NCBI GenBank assembly: GCA_964350735.1
Contig: CAYGKO010000003.1
Coordinates: 118,452 to 166,061 of the forward strand
Direction of reading: 5' to 3'
Origin: an uncultured Candidatus Saccharibacteria bacterium
Lineage (GTDB): Bacteria > Patescibacteriota > Minisyncoccia > Phycocordibacterales > UBA918
Length of the DNA: 47,610 nt
A program made the position numbers and the translations under genes. Shown in pieces: positions 27,972 through 37,263 of this stretch (its first letter is position 1; the number at the start of each line of letters is the position of its first letter). The notes under the pieces are model-generated. The model was given only the letters and a program-made list of their open reading frames with translations. It was not told the origin of the DNA and did not search any database.

Positions 27972-29074
27972 ACACCTTCTCGCACCAAGACTGGTTGACC
28001 TACTGCAATGATGAGCTGTCGGCAGTGACTCCACTCCTTGAGCAGCACAGCTATCAACTAAGCGACCATCAGCCTCACTTACAAGGTGAACGATTTTTGA
28101 TGCAGGCGGTTACGACTACCAGTGGTCGCAAGCTGATTTTGTTTGGCACTGATAGTGCTGGCAAAAAAGTAGTAATCAAAGCCACCAGAGACGCAGCCGG
28201 CAAAAAAGAATTAATCCACGAGCGTTATTGTCGCTCGGTGCTCAACGAAATCAAATTTGCTGCCGAAGTATTTCATACTCCGGCTGAAATAGCCTGGCTA
28301 GAAAGCCATGGTTTTATTGTTGCAATCAGTGAGTTTATCGAGCAAACATCTACCTTCTTAGACCGCCCACTACCGGAACAATTCGAGTTTGCTCTCAAGG
28401 CCTTTAAAGCCCAAGAAGGCGCTCACGCCACCACTGCCAGTCATTTCCGAGCCATCAAAAAAGTTTACGCGCTTCGTACTGCCACCGAATATTTGAAGCA
28501 ATTTAATACCCTTACGAACGATTTACTGACTGGCCTACCGGAAGATACTAATCTGCAGCAGACGCTTACTGAAGCGACTGACTTGCTTACTACCCACCAA
28601 ATTATTCTCGATCAATACAGCGGCTTCCTGACCCACACCGACTTTGTCCCCCACAATATCCGTATTAACAACCAGGGAGTGATGTATCTCCTTGATCACT
28701 CCTCCCTCACCTTTGGCAACAAGTATGAGGGCTGGGCACGTTTTATTAATTTTATGGAACTCTACAATCCCCCGCTCGCGAGCGCTTTAGTGCAGTATGT
28801 AAAAGATAATCGCAGCGCTGAAGAATCACTGGCCCTGAAACTAATGCGCACCTACCGCCTGGGTGAAATCACTTGGTATTACTTTAATAAAATCGCTCAG
28901 AGTGACGGTAATTTAAAACAGCTCAATCAAGCTCGCGTGACATTTTGGAGCACCATCCTCTCTTTTGTACTGACTGACCGAACAATCCCACCAGTAGTCA
29001 TTACTGACTATCAAACCAAAAGAGACTCACTCCGCAGTGATGCCGAAAAAGACCGACAGCGCGGATTACACTAG
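27968..29074 (+). CDS. APH/protein-kinase-like phosphotransferase
   Basis: VVIK lysine, catalytic loop HTDFVPHNI and LLDH metal motif. Its ATG overlaps the upstream stop (ATGA). Confidence 0.75.
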   Translation: MNTFSHQDWLTYCNDELSAVTPLLEQHSYQLSDHQPHLQGERFLMQAVTTTSGRKLILFGTDSAGKKVVIKATRDAAGKKELIHERYCRSVLNEIKFAAEVFHTPAEIAWLESHGFIVAISEFIEQTSTFLDRPLPEQFEFALKAFKAQEGAHATTASHFRAIKKVYALRTATEYLKQFNTLTNDLLTGLPEDTNLQQTLTEATDLLTTHQIILDQYSGFLTHTDFVPHNIRINNQGVMYLLDHSSLTFGNKYEGWARFINFMELYNPPLASALVQYVKDNRSAEESLALKLMRTYRLGEITWYYFNKIAQSDGNLKQLNQARVTFWSTILSFVLTDRTIPPVVITDYQTKRDSLRSDAEKDRQRGLH

Positions 29075-29607
29075 AGTTGCTCTAACTGACTCACTAAACT
29101 ATCGTACTCATCAAGTAGCGAATGGTGCCACATTGCTTTTAGTCGATCGCAGAGTAATCGTTCAAACCATAACTTCTTCTCTTTGCCGCGATTAAACACC
29201 TCCCACACTGATTCACCGTCACGCGCATGACCAGCGAGGAGCGAGCGAGCGTTATGAATCTTATCAGCCACCGAGACTGCCTTAGTGGCATCACTCGCTG
29301 CTGCCACCGCTTCTACATAAGCTGCTTTTCGCTCTTCCCAGACCAAACTAGTATCTTCAGACACTGCCGTTACTATCTCCACCACCTCAGTCCCCAGGAC
29401 TGCTTCTAATTCTGCCGTTGTCATATCACTATCTTCGAGTACATCATGCACTAATCCGGCTGCTACTACCGCTTCTGAAAATCCGTGCTGTTCCAAAATC
29501 CGTGCCACCATTATAGGATGCACAATATACGGCGAACCATCGTCTTTACGTATCTGGTCTTTGTGAGCGACTGCCGCTATTCGCAAGGCTTTTTCAATTA
29601 GGTCCAT
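29071..29607 (-). CDS. Mesh1-like HD-domain small alarmone hydrolase
   Basis: Motifs AHKDQIRKDDGSPYIVHP, LVHDVLED, VSED and ADKIHN; hydrolase domain only. Confidence 0.9.
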   Translation of the reverse strand: MDLIEKALRIAAVAHKDQIRKDDGSPYIVHPIMVARILEQHGFSEAVVAAGLVHDVLEDSDMTTAELEAVLGTEVVEIVTAVSEDTSLVWEERKAAYVEAVAAASDATKAVSVADKIHNARSLLAGHARDGESVWEVFNRGKEKKLWFERLLCDRLKAMWHHSLLDEYDSLVSQLEQL

Positions 29608-30809
29608 AGTGGTTCAAATACTTGTGTCTGCATTTTCTTCGCAATAATATCCCAGTCATACTCTTCAAGTACCATCTGGTGAGCAGTGGCTACCACCTTC
29701 GCTGTTTGCTCTGGTTGAGCAAGAATCTCAGTCACCGCCGCTACAATTTGGGCTGGTTCGTCCAGGTCAACGGCCCAGCCGGTTGGCTGCTTCTCTGGAT
29801 TACGCTTGGCATCAAACAAGAAGTCGGCGATACCACCAACCTGGGTAGTCACCACCGGCAATTTACACGCCATAGCTGAAAGAAAGGCGTGTCCGAGTCC
29901 TTCACTGCGTGATGGACCGACAAAAATATCGAGGACATGCCGATACTGACTCACCACTGAGCGGTCAACTTGACCGGTAAAAATGACCCGCTCTTCCAGA
30001 TTTAATTCTGCTACCAAATTCCGCAACTCTTCATCAATCGGACCGCCGCCCACAATCAGCAGTCGAATATTACTTGGCAGTTGTGGCATTGCCTTAATTA
30101 CTGTATCCCAACCTTTTTGATCAACCAGCCGAGCGGTATTGCCGATAAAGATTTCCCCGTCTTTTTTACCTAGCTGCTGCTTTAAATTCTCTACCGTTGC
30201 CTGATTAAAACTGGGTCGAATTGAGTCTGGGTTTGCCCCATCAGGAATAATCGGCATAGTACCGGTGTAGCCCATCTGTCGTGCCCAAGCACCAAGAAAT
30301 TCTGAAATGGGTTGGACTACAGTCGCGCGCGTAAAAGCTCGTTTGAAGAGTGGCCACATTGGTTTAGCCTTACGTTCAATGTAGTCTGGCGGGTCTCCCT
30401 CCTGCAGGGAGAGGGCAAAGGGTACGCCGGTGAGTAGATTAAAAATCACCGTCGGTACCCCTGCTCCGTGGGCCATCATCGCCCACGCTCCGTCGTACTT
30501 ATGCTGACGGTGTAGTCGCCACCCCTTAATTCCTGCCGCCAGCTGGAAATAATACTTATTTAGATGTAGTGGAAATTGTTTCCGCTCTTCAAGCGTCGCA
30601 TCTGGCTTCCCAAACAAGCCAACGTAGTGGCACGTAACATTTTTAAAAGTCTGTACTCGTGGCACGTTACTATCGTAATGCATCGTCACCATATGAAATT
30701 CAATCTCCTCAGCCTCAATCCGATCAGTAATATCCTCAATCGCTGACTCCGCTCCACTAATAGTACCTGGCAGATAATCGAGTGAGAAGATAAGAATTTT
30801 CTTTTTCAT
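29598..30809 (-). CDS. Glycosyltransferase family 4
   Basis: Motifs SGAE, TARLVDQKG and PSRSEGLGHAFLSAMAC. Confidence 0.9.
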   Translation of the reverse strand: MKKKILIFSLDYLPGTISGAESAIEDITDRIEAEEIEFHMVTMHYDSNVPRVQTFKNVTCHYVGLFGKPDATLEERKQFPLHLNKYYFQLAAGIKGWRLHRQHKYDGAWAMMAHGAGVPTVIFNLLTGVPFALSLQEGDPPDYIERKAKPMWPLFKRAFTRATVVQPISEFLGAWARQMGYTGTMPIIPDGANPDSIRPSFNQATVENLKQQLGKKDGEIFIGNTARLVDQKGWDTVIKAMPQLPSNIRLLIVGGGPIDEELRNLVAELNLEERVIFTGQVDRSVVSQYRHVLDIFVGPSRSEGLGHAFLSAMACKLPVVTTQVGGIADFLFDAKRNPEKQPTGWAVDLDEPAQIVAAVTEILAQPEQTAKVVATAHQMVLEEYDWDIIAKKMQTQVFEPLWT

Positions 30810-30810
30810 A

Positions 30811-31692
30811 CTAATGTTTAGTTTTTACATCTGTGACATAGTCCATAAGCTGACACTGCTGTGCCCAACCCAGCGCTTCCAACTTCCTCGTATCGTCCGC
30901 CCCGGTTGAACGGGTTGATTTGGTTGGTTCCTTGAACTCAATTTCAAGACCAAACATACTGGCTAACTCTAGCAGCGAATAGACTTCTTTGGCACAAATA
31001 GCATATTCATCGGCCCCGCCCTGTTCTCCAATCAGCACTAGCGCATTCACAGTATCAGCCACATGAGTAAAGGCGCGGGTTTGTTCGCCGTTCCCATTGA
31101 TACTACACGCGCCACCCGCCAGCTGACACTGCCGAAAAGTTTCCACCACTGTGCCGTAGCCACCGTCGAATTGACCACCCCGTTCACCAGGGCCATACAC
31201 ATTGTAGAAATATGCAATTGAGTACGGCAGATCGTACCAGCGACCATAGTTATGAACGAGCTCAGTATTTACGGCTTTAGAAAAATTGTACGGCGCGCGA
31301 TCGCGTCCTGCTACCTCTTGAGTCCTCTCGTCAGCAGTGAACTTAGTTGATGATCCGGCATACACCAACTTGCAGTTTTGGGCACGCCAAAACTCTAGCA
31401 CTGCGCAGGTGCCAGCTGTATTCAAATCCCATACTTTCTCGGGCTCTTCTAAGCTGGGGGCAATCCGTGAATACTCACCTAGGTGATAGATACAATCGAC
31501 TGATTCTGTTACCAACGTGGTGATGTCTTTAGTATGGCCTTCAATATATTGAATACCTTCGTGATGATTGTCTTTTGAACCAGTGAAGTAGTTATCAAGT
31601 GAGATTACGCGATGTCCTTCTGCTAGCAGAGCCTTACATAAATGTGACCCCACAAACCCTGCTCCGCCGGTTACTAGAATTGTCTGTACCAT
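30811..31692 (-). CDS. NAD-dependent nucleotide-sugar epimerase/dehydratase (extended SDR)
   Basis: Motifs [27 protein letters not shown] and [12 protein letters not shown]. Confidence 0.92.
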   Translation of the reverse strand: MVQTILVTGGAGFVGSHLCKALLAEGHRVISLDNYFTGSKDNHHEGIQYIEGHTKDITTLVTESVDCIYHLGEYSRIAPSLEEPEKVWDLNTAGTCAVLEFWRAQNCKLVYAGSSTKFTADERTQEVAGRDRAPYNFSKAVNTELVHNYGRWYDLPYSIAYFYNVYGPGERGGQFDGGYGTVVETFRQCQLAGGACSINGNGEQTRAFTHVADTVNALVLIGEQGGADEYAICAKEVYSLLELASMFGLEIEFKEPTKSTRSTGADDTRKLEALGWAQQCQLMDYVTDVKTKH

Positions 31693-31704
31693 AATGGAGT
31701 AATA

Positions 31705-33099
31705 CTACCCGGTTCTGATCCGCCCGGCAAATATACCGAGGAATCCTAAAGCCAAGACTCCCGCCAAAGCAAAATATGGCAGTGAATTATTAGGAATACT
31801 GGACGCAGCACTTTGTTGCAACTGAGCTCCTTGAGGTGCTGTTGTTCCAGTTAAAAGTAGTGGCGTATCTGGTGTTTCTATTATTGTTGTCGACTTAGGT
31901 TCATTTGGAAACTGAAAATCCTGCGAAGGGGGCGCTGCAATTGGCGCGACAAGATTGACTGGCGATACTGTTAGACTCTGCTCATTTAAAGCTACTGGTG
32001 GTGATACCTTTGACATTCCATTGGTTGCCAAAATCACTCCTTCGGTGTCAGATAAAACTATCAGGTCTTGGATCTCAGCCCGTATTAATTCTTTCGTAAT
32101 GGTGAGAGTAGCGCCTGGTAACAAAATCGTATTCTCAGGAATAACCACCATGTTTCGAGCTTGAATCTGGTAATTTGAAAGATCGATCTCATATTTAGCG
32201 TCGTTATTAATTTGCACATCTCCTTGCCGGGTGCGCGTGATAGAAAAATTAACGGGAAGAACTGTGATCTCATGGCGGATAGTCGCTTCGTGACGCGCGT
32301 ATCCAGCTTCAACAAACACCACGTAAGTGCCCGGAAACGCATACGAGTGTTGCACTTCTTGACCACCGTCTTCATTAAAATCACCAAAGTTCCAGTCATA
32401 TGTGATCGACGGCATAAGTTGCCTTGCAATACCTGAAGGTTCAATCGAGAAATCTATCAGTTGATTTACATAGGCACGGGTCGGGGCTTCAAGCGCTAAC
32501 TCGAGTACAGAATCCTTAAGTTCAAGCTTAGTGGTGGTCGTTTTATTTCCAGAACTACTTTTACTGACTGTTTTTGTTTCCGAATCTGTATTGTCATCAT
32601 CGTCTGACTCTTCCACTATTACACTCGACTCTGTCGCGTTTTGACTTCCTGGTGTTGCCACAGCGGTGATCCAGCCACCACTAGTGTACTGAGCTGTTTC
32701 TTTAGTCGTATTATCACCGCCAATGTTTTCCCAATTTTCTCCTCCCGATACTTGGTCTTGCATGTTATCACTTGCGTCTCGTAGTGTGAGCGTAGCGCCA
32801 GTATTAGGGAGTGATCCGGTGTATATTTGAAATGCCGTGCCCGGCGCTGAATCATCATCAGTTCTTTCCAAGACTCCATATTCCCCGCTCGACAAAAAAC
32901 CTTCTAAGATAATTTCAAGATTCATTCCATCGCTAATTGTCCATCCGGCCACATCTGTACTCGAACCGTCATTATGTAGCTCAATCCACTCATCATTGGC
33001 AGAATTGCTAGTGCCCATCCACGCAATTTCACTGAATGTAACCGCAGCCTCGCTCACTCCTGGCACCATCAGCACACTAGTGATAATGAGCCAGCGCAT
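31705..33099 (-). CDS. Membrane-anchored surface protein with lamin-tail and PKD domains
   Basis: Signal peptide, then FSEIAW..DEWIELHN...GWTI and TPGSQN (lamin tail), then YDWNFGD..HSYAFPGTYVV (PKD). A P/S/T-rich linker leads to a C-terminal TM helix. Confidence 0.85.
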   Translation of the reverse strand: MRWLIITSVLMVPGVSEAAVTFSEIAWMGTSNSANDEWIELHNDGSSTDVAGWTISDGMNLEIILEGFLSSGEYGVLERTDDDSAPGTAFQIYTGSLPNTGATLTLRDASDNMQDQVSGGENWENIGGDNTTKETAQYTSGGWITAVATPGSQNATESSVIVEESDDDDNTDSETKTVSKSSSGNKTTTTKLELKDSVLELALEAPTRAYVNQLIDFSIEPSGIARQLMPSITYDWNFGDFNEDGGQEVQHSYAFPGTYVVFVEAGYARHEATIRHEITVLPVNFSITRTRQGDVQINNDAKYEIDLSNYQIQARNMVVIPENTILLPGATLTITKELIRAEIQDLIVLSDTEGVILATNGMSKVSPPVALNEQSLTVSPVNLVAPIAAPPSQDFQFPNEPKSTTIIETPDTPLLLTGTTAPQGAQLQQSAASSIPNNSLPYFALAGVLALGFLGIFAGRIRTG

Positions 33100-33102
33100 A
33101 GA

Positions 33103-35322
33103 CTATTTAAGCGGCGTCTTATCGGCAGTAGTCACCCGCATCATCCGCTCGAGCTTTTTAGGATCAAGCGGATCTTTGTTTTTCACTTGCGTATACTCAT
33201 TTACTGGAGCTTCCGTTTTTTCAATCTCGACCTTAGGAGCAGCGCTACTTGCTTGATCACTCCCAACCCTCTCTTTCTGTGCTGACTGCTCGGTAGATGA
33301 TGGGGATTCTTGCACTGACTTTGGTTCTGTTGGTTTTGTATCACCCAAGACTGCTGAGAGAGCGTCGCGCAAAGACGTATTTTGAGTTGTTACAACTTCA
33401 GAAGCTGCGGTATCCGGCTTTTTCTGTCTCACTTCTTCAGTTGGTTTGGGCGGAGTTGTGTTCTCTGATTTCTTTTCTGCTCGTTCCTGTGGCGCCGGCT
33501 TTTCACCTGACTTCATCTGGCCTCTCTCTTTTTTTGGAGGGTCATTTTTTTCTTTTACTTTCTGCTCTGTTGGTTTTTCTTTTACCGTCTCTTTAATTGC
33601 TGCCGCTAAATCAGATCGTTTAGTATCTTCAGAATTTTCTGGTTTTTCCTCATGTCCTCTGCCAGAACCTTCTTTCTGCTTACTCTGATCAGGTCGCTCA
33701 GCTTTCTTTTCAACACTGGCTAGCTTTTCATCTTTTGGCGCAATAGTCTTTAAAATCGAACGTAAATCATCAAGTTTTTTTTCCTTGCTGTTTTCAGTTT
33801 TATTCATTCGGTCTGATCGGTCAGTCTGTGGGGAACGCGCCACTCTCTCGGTTTGATTTTGATTTGGCCGCGGCTGATCTGGTTGAGCTCCTTCTGCTGA
33901 ACGAGGAGTGTCAGATTTTCGTGACTGCTCTGCTGGTCGATCAGGGCGCGGACGAGCTGACCGTTGATCTCGATCATTTGTTTTTGGACGATCAGACCGA
34001 TTTGAAGATCCGCCAGGATCACCACCTACCGGTTCTGTCATCCAGGTATTGATATCGTTCTCCACCTCAGTTCGGGTTGAGGCAAATTGCATTCGACTGG
34101 CATGCACCACCATCTGTTTACAGGACTCTCGCTTGGCTTCAATTGGAGGAAGTGTAGTAGCTGAAAATGGCTTAGACCCAATCCCATCAATCATGAGGGT
34201 CAGATAAATCTGAGCGAAGCCTAAGTTACAAATGTCTACTGCATAAAATTGTGGTGCATAAATTGTCTCTAACGTCTCAGCATCAAACGGGCCGACGCGG
34301 AATGACACGATGGTACCGACGTTACCAAACACCGCATTGCGCACCTCTTCTTCCATTTGTTCAACGTACTGGTGCGCGATAGTTAGGTTGAGCTTATATT
34401 TTCGAGCCTCTGACAGGATGTCAGCGAAGGTTGCATTCGCAAAACTCTGGAACTCATCTACATAAAAATAAAAGTTTGATAGCTTTTTCAGTTCTTCTCC
34501 TGTTACATCGGCTCGGCTCATGGCTGCCAGATAAATACGAGTGGTCAACATCGAACCAAGCAGGTTGGCATTACTTTCACCTACCAACCCTTTTGAAAGG
34601 TTCATGATGAGAATTTTTTTCTCGTCCATGATCTTTCTCAGATCAAAACTTGATTTTGGTTGACCGATGATATTTCGAATCAAGGGGTTAGCGGTAAATT
34701 GTCCAATCTTATTTTTAATCGAATCACCTGCCTCCTGCATGTACCGCTCGTTGTAGTTAAGGAATTCGTCTACCCAAAAGGCCTTTACTGCGGGGTCAGA
34801 AATATTATCGATCACCTTCTTACGATACTTTTTGTCTGACAACATGCGGTTCACCCCAAGCAGCGTTGAATCTGGGTATTCCAGCAGGGCCAAAAGAGTG
34901 TTCTGAAGAATGTATTCCATTCGCGCTGACCAGGCGTCAACCCAAATCTTCTTAAAGACTGACATCAATCCCGACACCACCAAGTGTCGCTTGTCTGGCC
35001 CCACATCTTCCATCACGTTAAACGCCACCGGACAGTCAGTATCAAACGGAGCAAAATACAGCACATCGTCTTTTCGTTCTTCTGGTACGTAATCAAGTAG
35101 TGTCACCGCCGTCTGACCATGCGGATCAATGAAGGCGATACCTTCACCGTTTTGCATATCCTGCACTGCCATATTCTCGAGCAAGGTCGACTTACCCATA
35201 CCAGTTTTACCGATCACGTACATGTGTCGCGTCCGGTCTTTAGCCTTAATACCAAACGGCACATTAGCCCCGCGGGCATCGGTCTTAGCAAAAAATGTGA
35301 TCTTCTCTGGATCGAAACTCAT
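33103..35322 (-). CDS. TraD/VirD4-like type IV coupling-protein ATPase with a long charged tail
   Basis: RHMYVIGKTGMGKS (Walker A), IDPHG, YVDEFQ (Walker B), SEARKY and AHQY. Roughly the last 300 aa are low complexity. Confidence 0.88.
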   Translation of the reverse strand: MSFDPEKITFFAKTDARGANVPFGIKAKDRTRHMYVIGKTGMGKSTLLENMAVQDMQNGEGIAFIDPHGQTAVTLLDYVPEERKDDVLYFAPFDTDCPVAFNVMEDVGPDKRHLVVSGLMSVFKKIWVDAWSARMEYILQNTLLALLEYPDSTLLGVNRMLSDKKYRKKVIDNISDPAVKAFWVDEFLNYNERYMQEAGDSIKNKIGQFTANPLIRNIIGQPKSSFDLRKIMDEKKILIMNLSKGLVGESNANLLGSMLTTRIYLAAMSRADVTGEELKKLSNFYFYVDEFQSFANATFADILSEARKYKLNLTIAHQYVEQMEEEVRNAVFGNVGTIVSFRVGPFDAETLETIYAPQFYAVDICNLGFAQIYLTLMIDGIGSKPFSATTLPPIEAKRESCKQMVVHASRMQFASTRTEVENDINTWMTEPVGGDPGGSSNRSDRPKTNDRDQRSARPRPDRPAEQSRKSDTPRSAEGAQPDQPRPNQNQTERVARSPQTDRSDRMNKTENSKEKKLDDLRSILKTIAPKDEKLASVEKKAERPDQSKQKEGSGRGHEEKPENSEDTKRSDLAAAIKETVKEKPTEQKVKEKNDPPKKERGQMKSGEKPAPQERAEKKSENTTPPKPTEEVRQKKPDTAASEVVTTQNTSLRDALSAVLGDTKPTEPKSVQESPSSTEQSAQKERVGSDQASSAAPKVEIEKTEAPVNEYTQVKNKDPLDPKKLERMMRVTTADKTPLK

Positions 35323-35328
35323 GCCAGA

Positions 35329-35337
35329 ATTATAACA
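35329..35337 (-). promoter_or_regulatory. Consensus extended -10 box, putative leaderless start
   Basis: TGtTATAAT followed by 6 nt and then ATG 35322. Confidence 0.75.
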
Positions 35338-35343
35338 GAAGCA

Positions 35344-35369
35344 CCGCGCGTCCCCGAGGGGTCGCGCGG
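35344..35369. terminator. GC-rich hairpin after the small ORF at 35377-35541
   Basis: CCGCGCG-TCCCCGAGGGGT-CGCGCGG imperfect inverted repeat. Confidence 0.5.
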
Positions 35370-35376
35370 CGATATT

Positions 35377-35541
35377 TCAATACTCTCTCAAATTATCTGT
35401 AACCAATGCCCAGATGGTCATTCCGACAATCAACCCTGCCATGAGATAGACCGGTAGTTCTGGTTTTTCATAGAGTACCCTCGACATTGTTTTATATGTC
35501 CTGGCAGTAGCCCTGATTACACTTACTCGTTTCCTCTGCAT
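35377..35541 (-). CDS. Small single-TM protein (54 aa), missing from the ORF track
   Basis: MQRKRVSVIRATARTYKTMSRVLYEKPELPVYLMAGLIVGMTIWALVTDNLREY. It fills the intergenic gap, has a basic N-terminus plus one hydrophobic helix, and is followed by a hairpin. Confidence 0.55.
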   Translation of the reverse strand: MQRKRVSVIRATARTYKTMSRVLYEKPELPVYLMAGLIVGMTIWALVTDNLREY

Positions 35542-35584
35542 TACTCTCAACCTTCTCTGAACTCATTTCGCGACCAGCATTTAA

Positions 35585-36967
35585 TCACCTTTCGGTACTC
35601 GATGCAATCAAATCTGTTGGGGACAGCTCTAAAAACCCAGGGGTCTTGAGCGCAGCTTTGGTATAACGATTACTTGGGGCCCAAATCATCCAGTCCATCA
35701 CTCCGGCATCATAGCTCGCTTGGATTTGGGCCCGCACATCAGCCGCATCGTAGTCGCCACCATAATCAAAATCTTGAATCCACGTCCGCAGCCTGCTCGC
35801 ATCATAGACTGGTTTTTTATACTGACCGGTGAAGGTTTTGGTGCCACTCGCATTCGTACTGTAGATCGGCTCGTGTACAAATCCTTCCACCACCGTGGTC
35901 GATGCCATCATTCGCCGTACTCCACTCGCCATCGCATGATTCACGATTTTATAGGGATAATTATTAGGATCACCAAGACCGAGGTAATCATTTGGATAGT
36001 GCGATGGATACACCATCGGCGCGATAAAATCAAAGTACGGCGCGGCCCGCTCAATCACCTGCCCAATCGATAAATCATCAGTATTGGTCGTGGTCATCCC
36101 AAACAAATCAGCTGACGTATACGGCGTGCTACTCGCCTTGCCTGTATTCTCATGTCGATAGGCGGCAAAGTTACTCTCGTCTTCCATCGCTTCGTCTAGG
36201 TACGCAAAGAAGGCTTCCAGGTTCGCTTGTTTGTCACTCCCATACTCCCCTGCTGCACTAAGGGGGAAAGAGATGTCGCGCATATTTCCATCAGATGGAT
36301 ATCGCACGTAGTCGAAGTTCAGCTCATCAAAGCCGAGATTGTATGACTCAACTGCCAACTCAATAATATGATCCCAATAATCTTGAGCTGCTACATCAAT
36401 AAACGAAAGACCCTTCCCGTCTTTCCAGTTAGTCACACCGTCGAGTTTCTTGACTGCCAAATCTGGCCGCACGTTTGTATAAAAAGGATCCTGGAACACT
36501 GTGATACGCGCAATCACATAGATGTCGTTGTCGTGCAACATTTCGATCAGCTGCCGCATATCGCGCGTCCCACACCGAGCATTCTCCCAGGCTGACTTCC
36601 AGGCTACACTCTCAGGTGGAAATGAGATAGTGCCCGAATAATCCTTCACATCGATAATCACACTATTCACTTCAGTCTCAAGCATCAACTCAACCAAATC
36701 CTGTCGAAAGCTTGGTGTCCCCGCCACGCACGAGGTCATATAAATATTCTTTACTTGAGCTGGCAATGGGACGTGTTGCACCACTGGCCGCGTATCAGGA
36801 ACTTCTTCCTGCACCACCACAGCATCTTCTGCCGACACCGTCGTTGATGAGCTCACTACACTGGCTTGTTGTATGTCATACGATACAGCTGTCATCCTAG
36901 GAGCTCCTACTAAAAGCGCTGTTACAATCCCAATTATGATTGCAGTAACAACACCCCACTGGATCAT
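35585..36967 (-). CDS. Putative glycoside hydrolase (DUF4015-like TIM barrel), N-terminally anchored
   Basis: Motifs NSVIIDVKDYSG, YVIARITVFQD, GFDELNFDYVRYP, APMVYPSHY and RTWIQDF. Confidence 0.8.
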   Translation of the reverse strand: MIQWGVVTAIIIGIVTALLVGAPRMTAVSYDIQQASVVSSSTTVSAEDAVVVQEEVPDTRPVVQHVPLPAQVKNIYMTSCVAGTPSFRQDLVELMLETEVNSVIIDVKDYSGTISFPPESVAWKSAWENARCGTRDMRQLIEMLHDNDIYVIARITVFQDPFYTNVRPDLAVKKLDGVTNWKDGKGLSFIDVAAQDYWDHIIELAVESYNLGFDELNFDYVRYPSDGNMRDISFPLSAAGEYGSDKQANLEAFFAYLDEAMEDESNFAAYRHENTGKASSTPYTSADLFGMTTTNTDDLSIGQVIERAAPYFDFIAPMVYPSHYPNDYLGLGDPNNYPYKIVNHAMASGVRRMMASTTVVEGFVHEPIYSTNASGTKTFTGQYKKPVYDASRLRTWIQDFDYGGDYDAADVRAQIQASYDAGVMDWMIWAPSNRYTKAALKTPGFLELSPTDLIASSTER

Positions 36968-37233
36968 ACGCTGTCAGGTTCGTTTATCTTCCCTCGACTT
37001 TCGACAAATGATTCTCCGCCACGTTCACCATTACCACGATCAATCCGACGGTAGTAGGCTGCGCGACGCAGTAAATACCCTACGATCACCAACAGTGCCC
37101 CAGCTCCGGTAAGCACATACAACTTCCAGTCAGACGGAATCCCTAAAGACGGGATAAATAACACCAATATTCCAAGCAACAGTACAATCGATTCTTTAGA
37201 CACAATCTGGGTGGTTATTTCAGTAATAAGCAT
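36964..37233 (-). CDS. Small two-TM membrane protein
   Basis: Two hydrophobic helices; the stop overlaps the next ATG. The start is uncertain. Confidence 0.65.
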   Translation of the reverse strand: MLITEITTQIVSKESIVLLLGILVLFIPSLGIPSDWKLYVLTGAGALLVIVGYLLRRAAYYRRIDRGNGERGGESFVESRGKINEPDSV

Positions 37234-37263
37234 ATTTTAGCGCCTGATCCCCAGATCGACAAA

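Noticed and set aside
33103-35322. Conjugative element or ICE
   Set aside because: No relaxase, VirB4, integrase or att sites nearby; the flanks are housekeeping-like.
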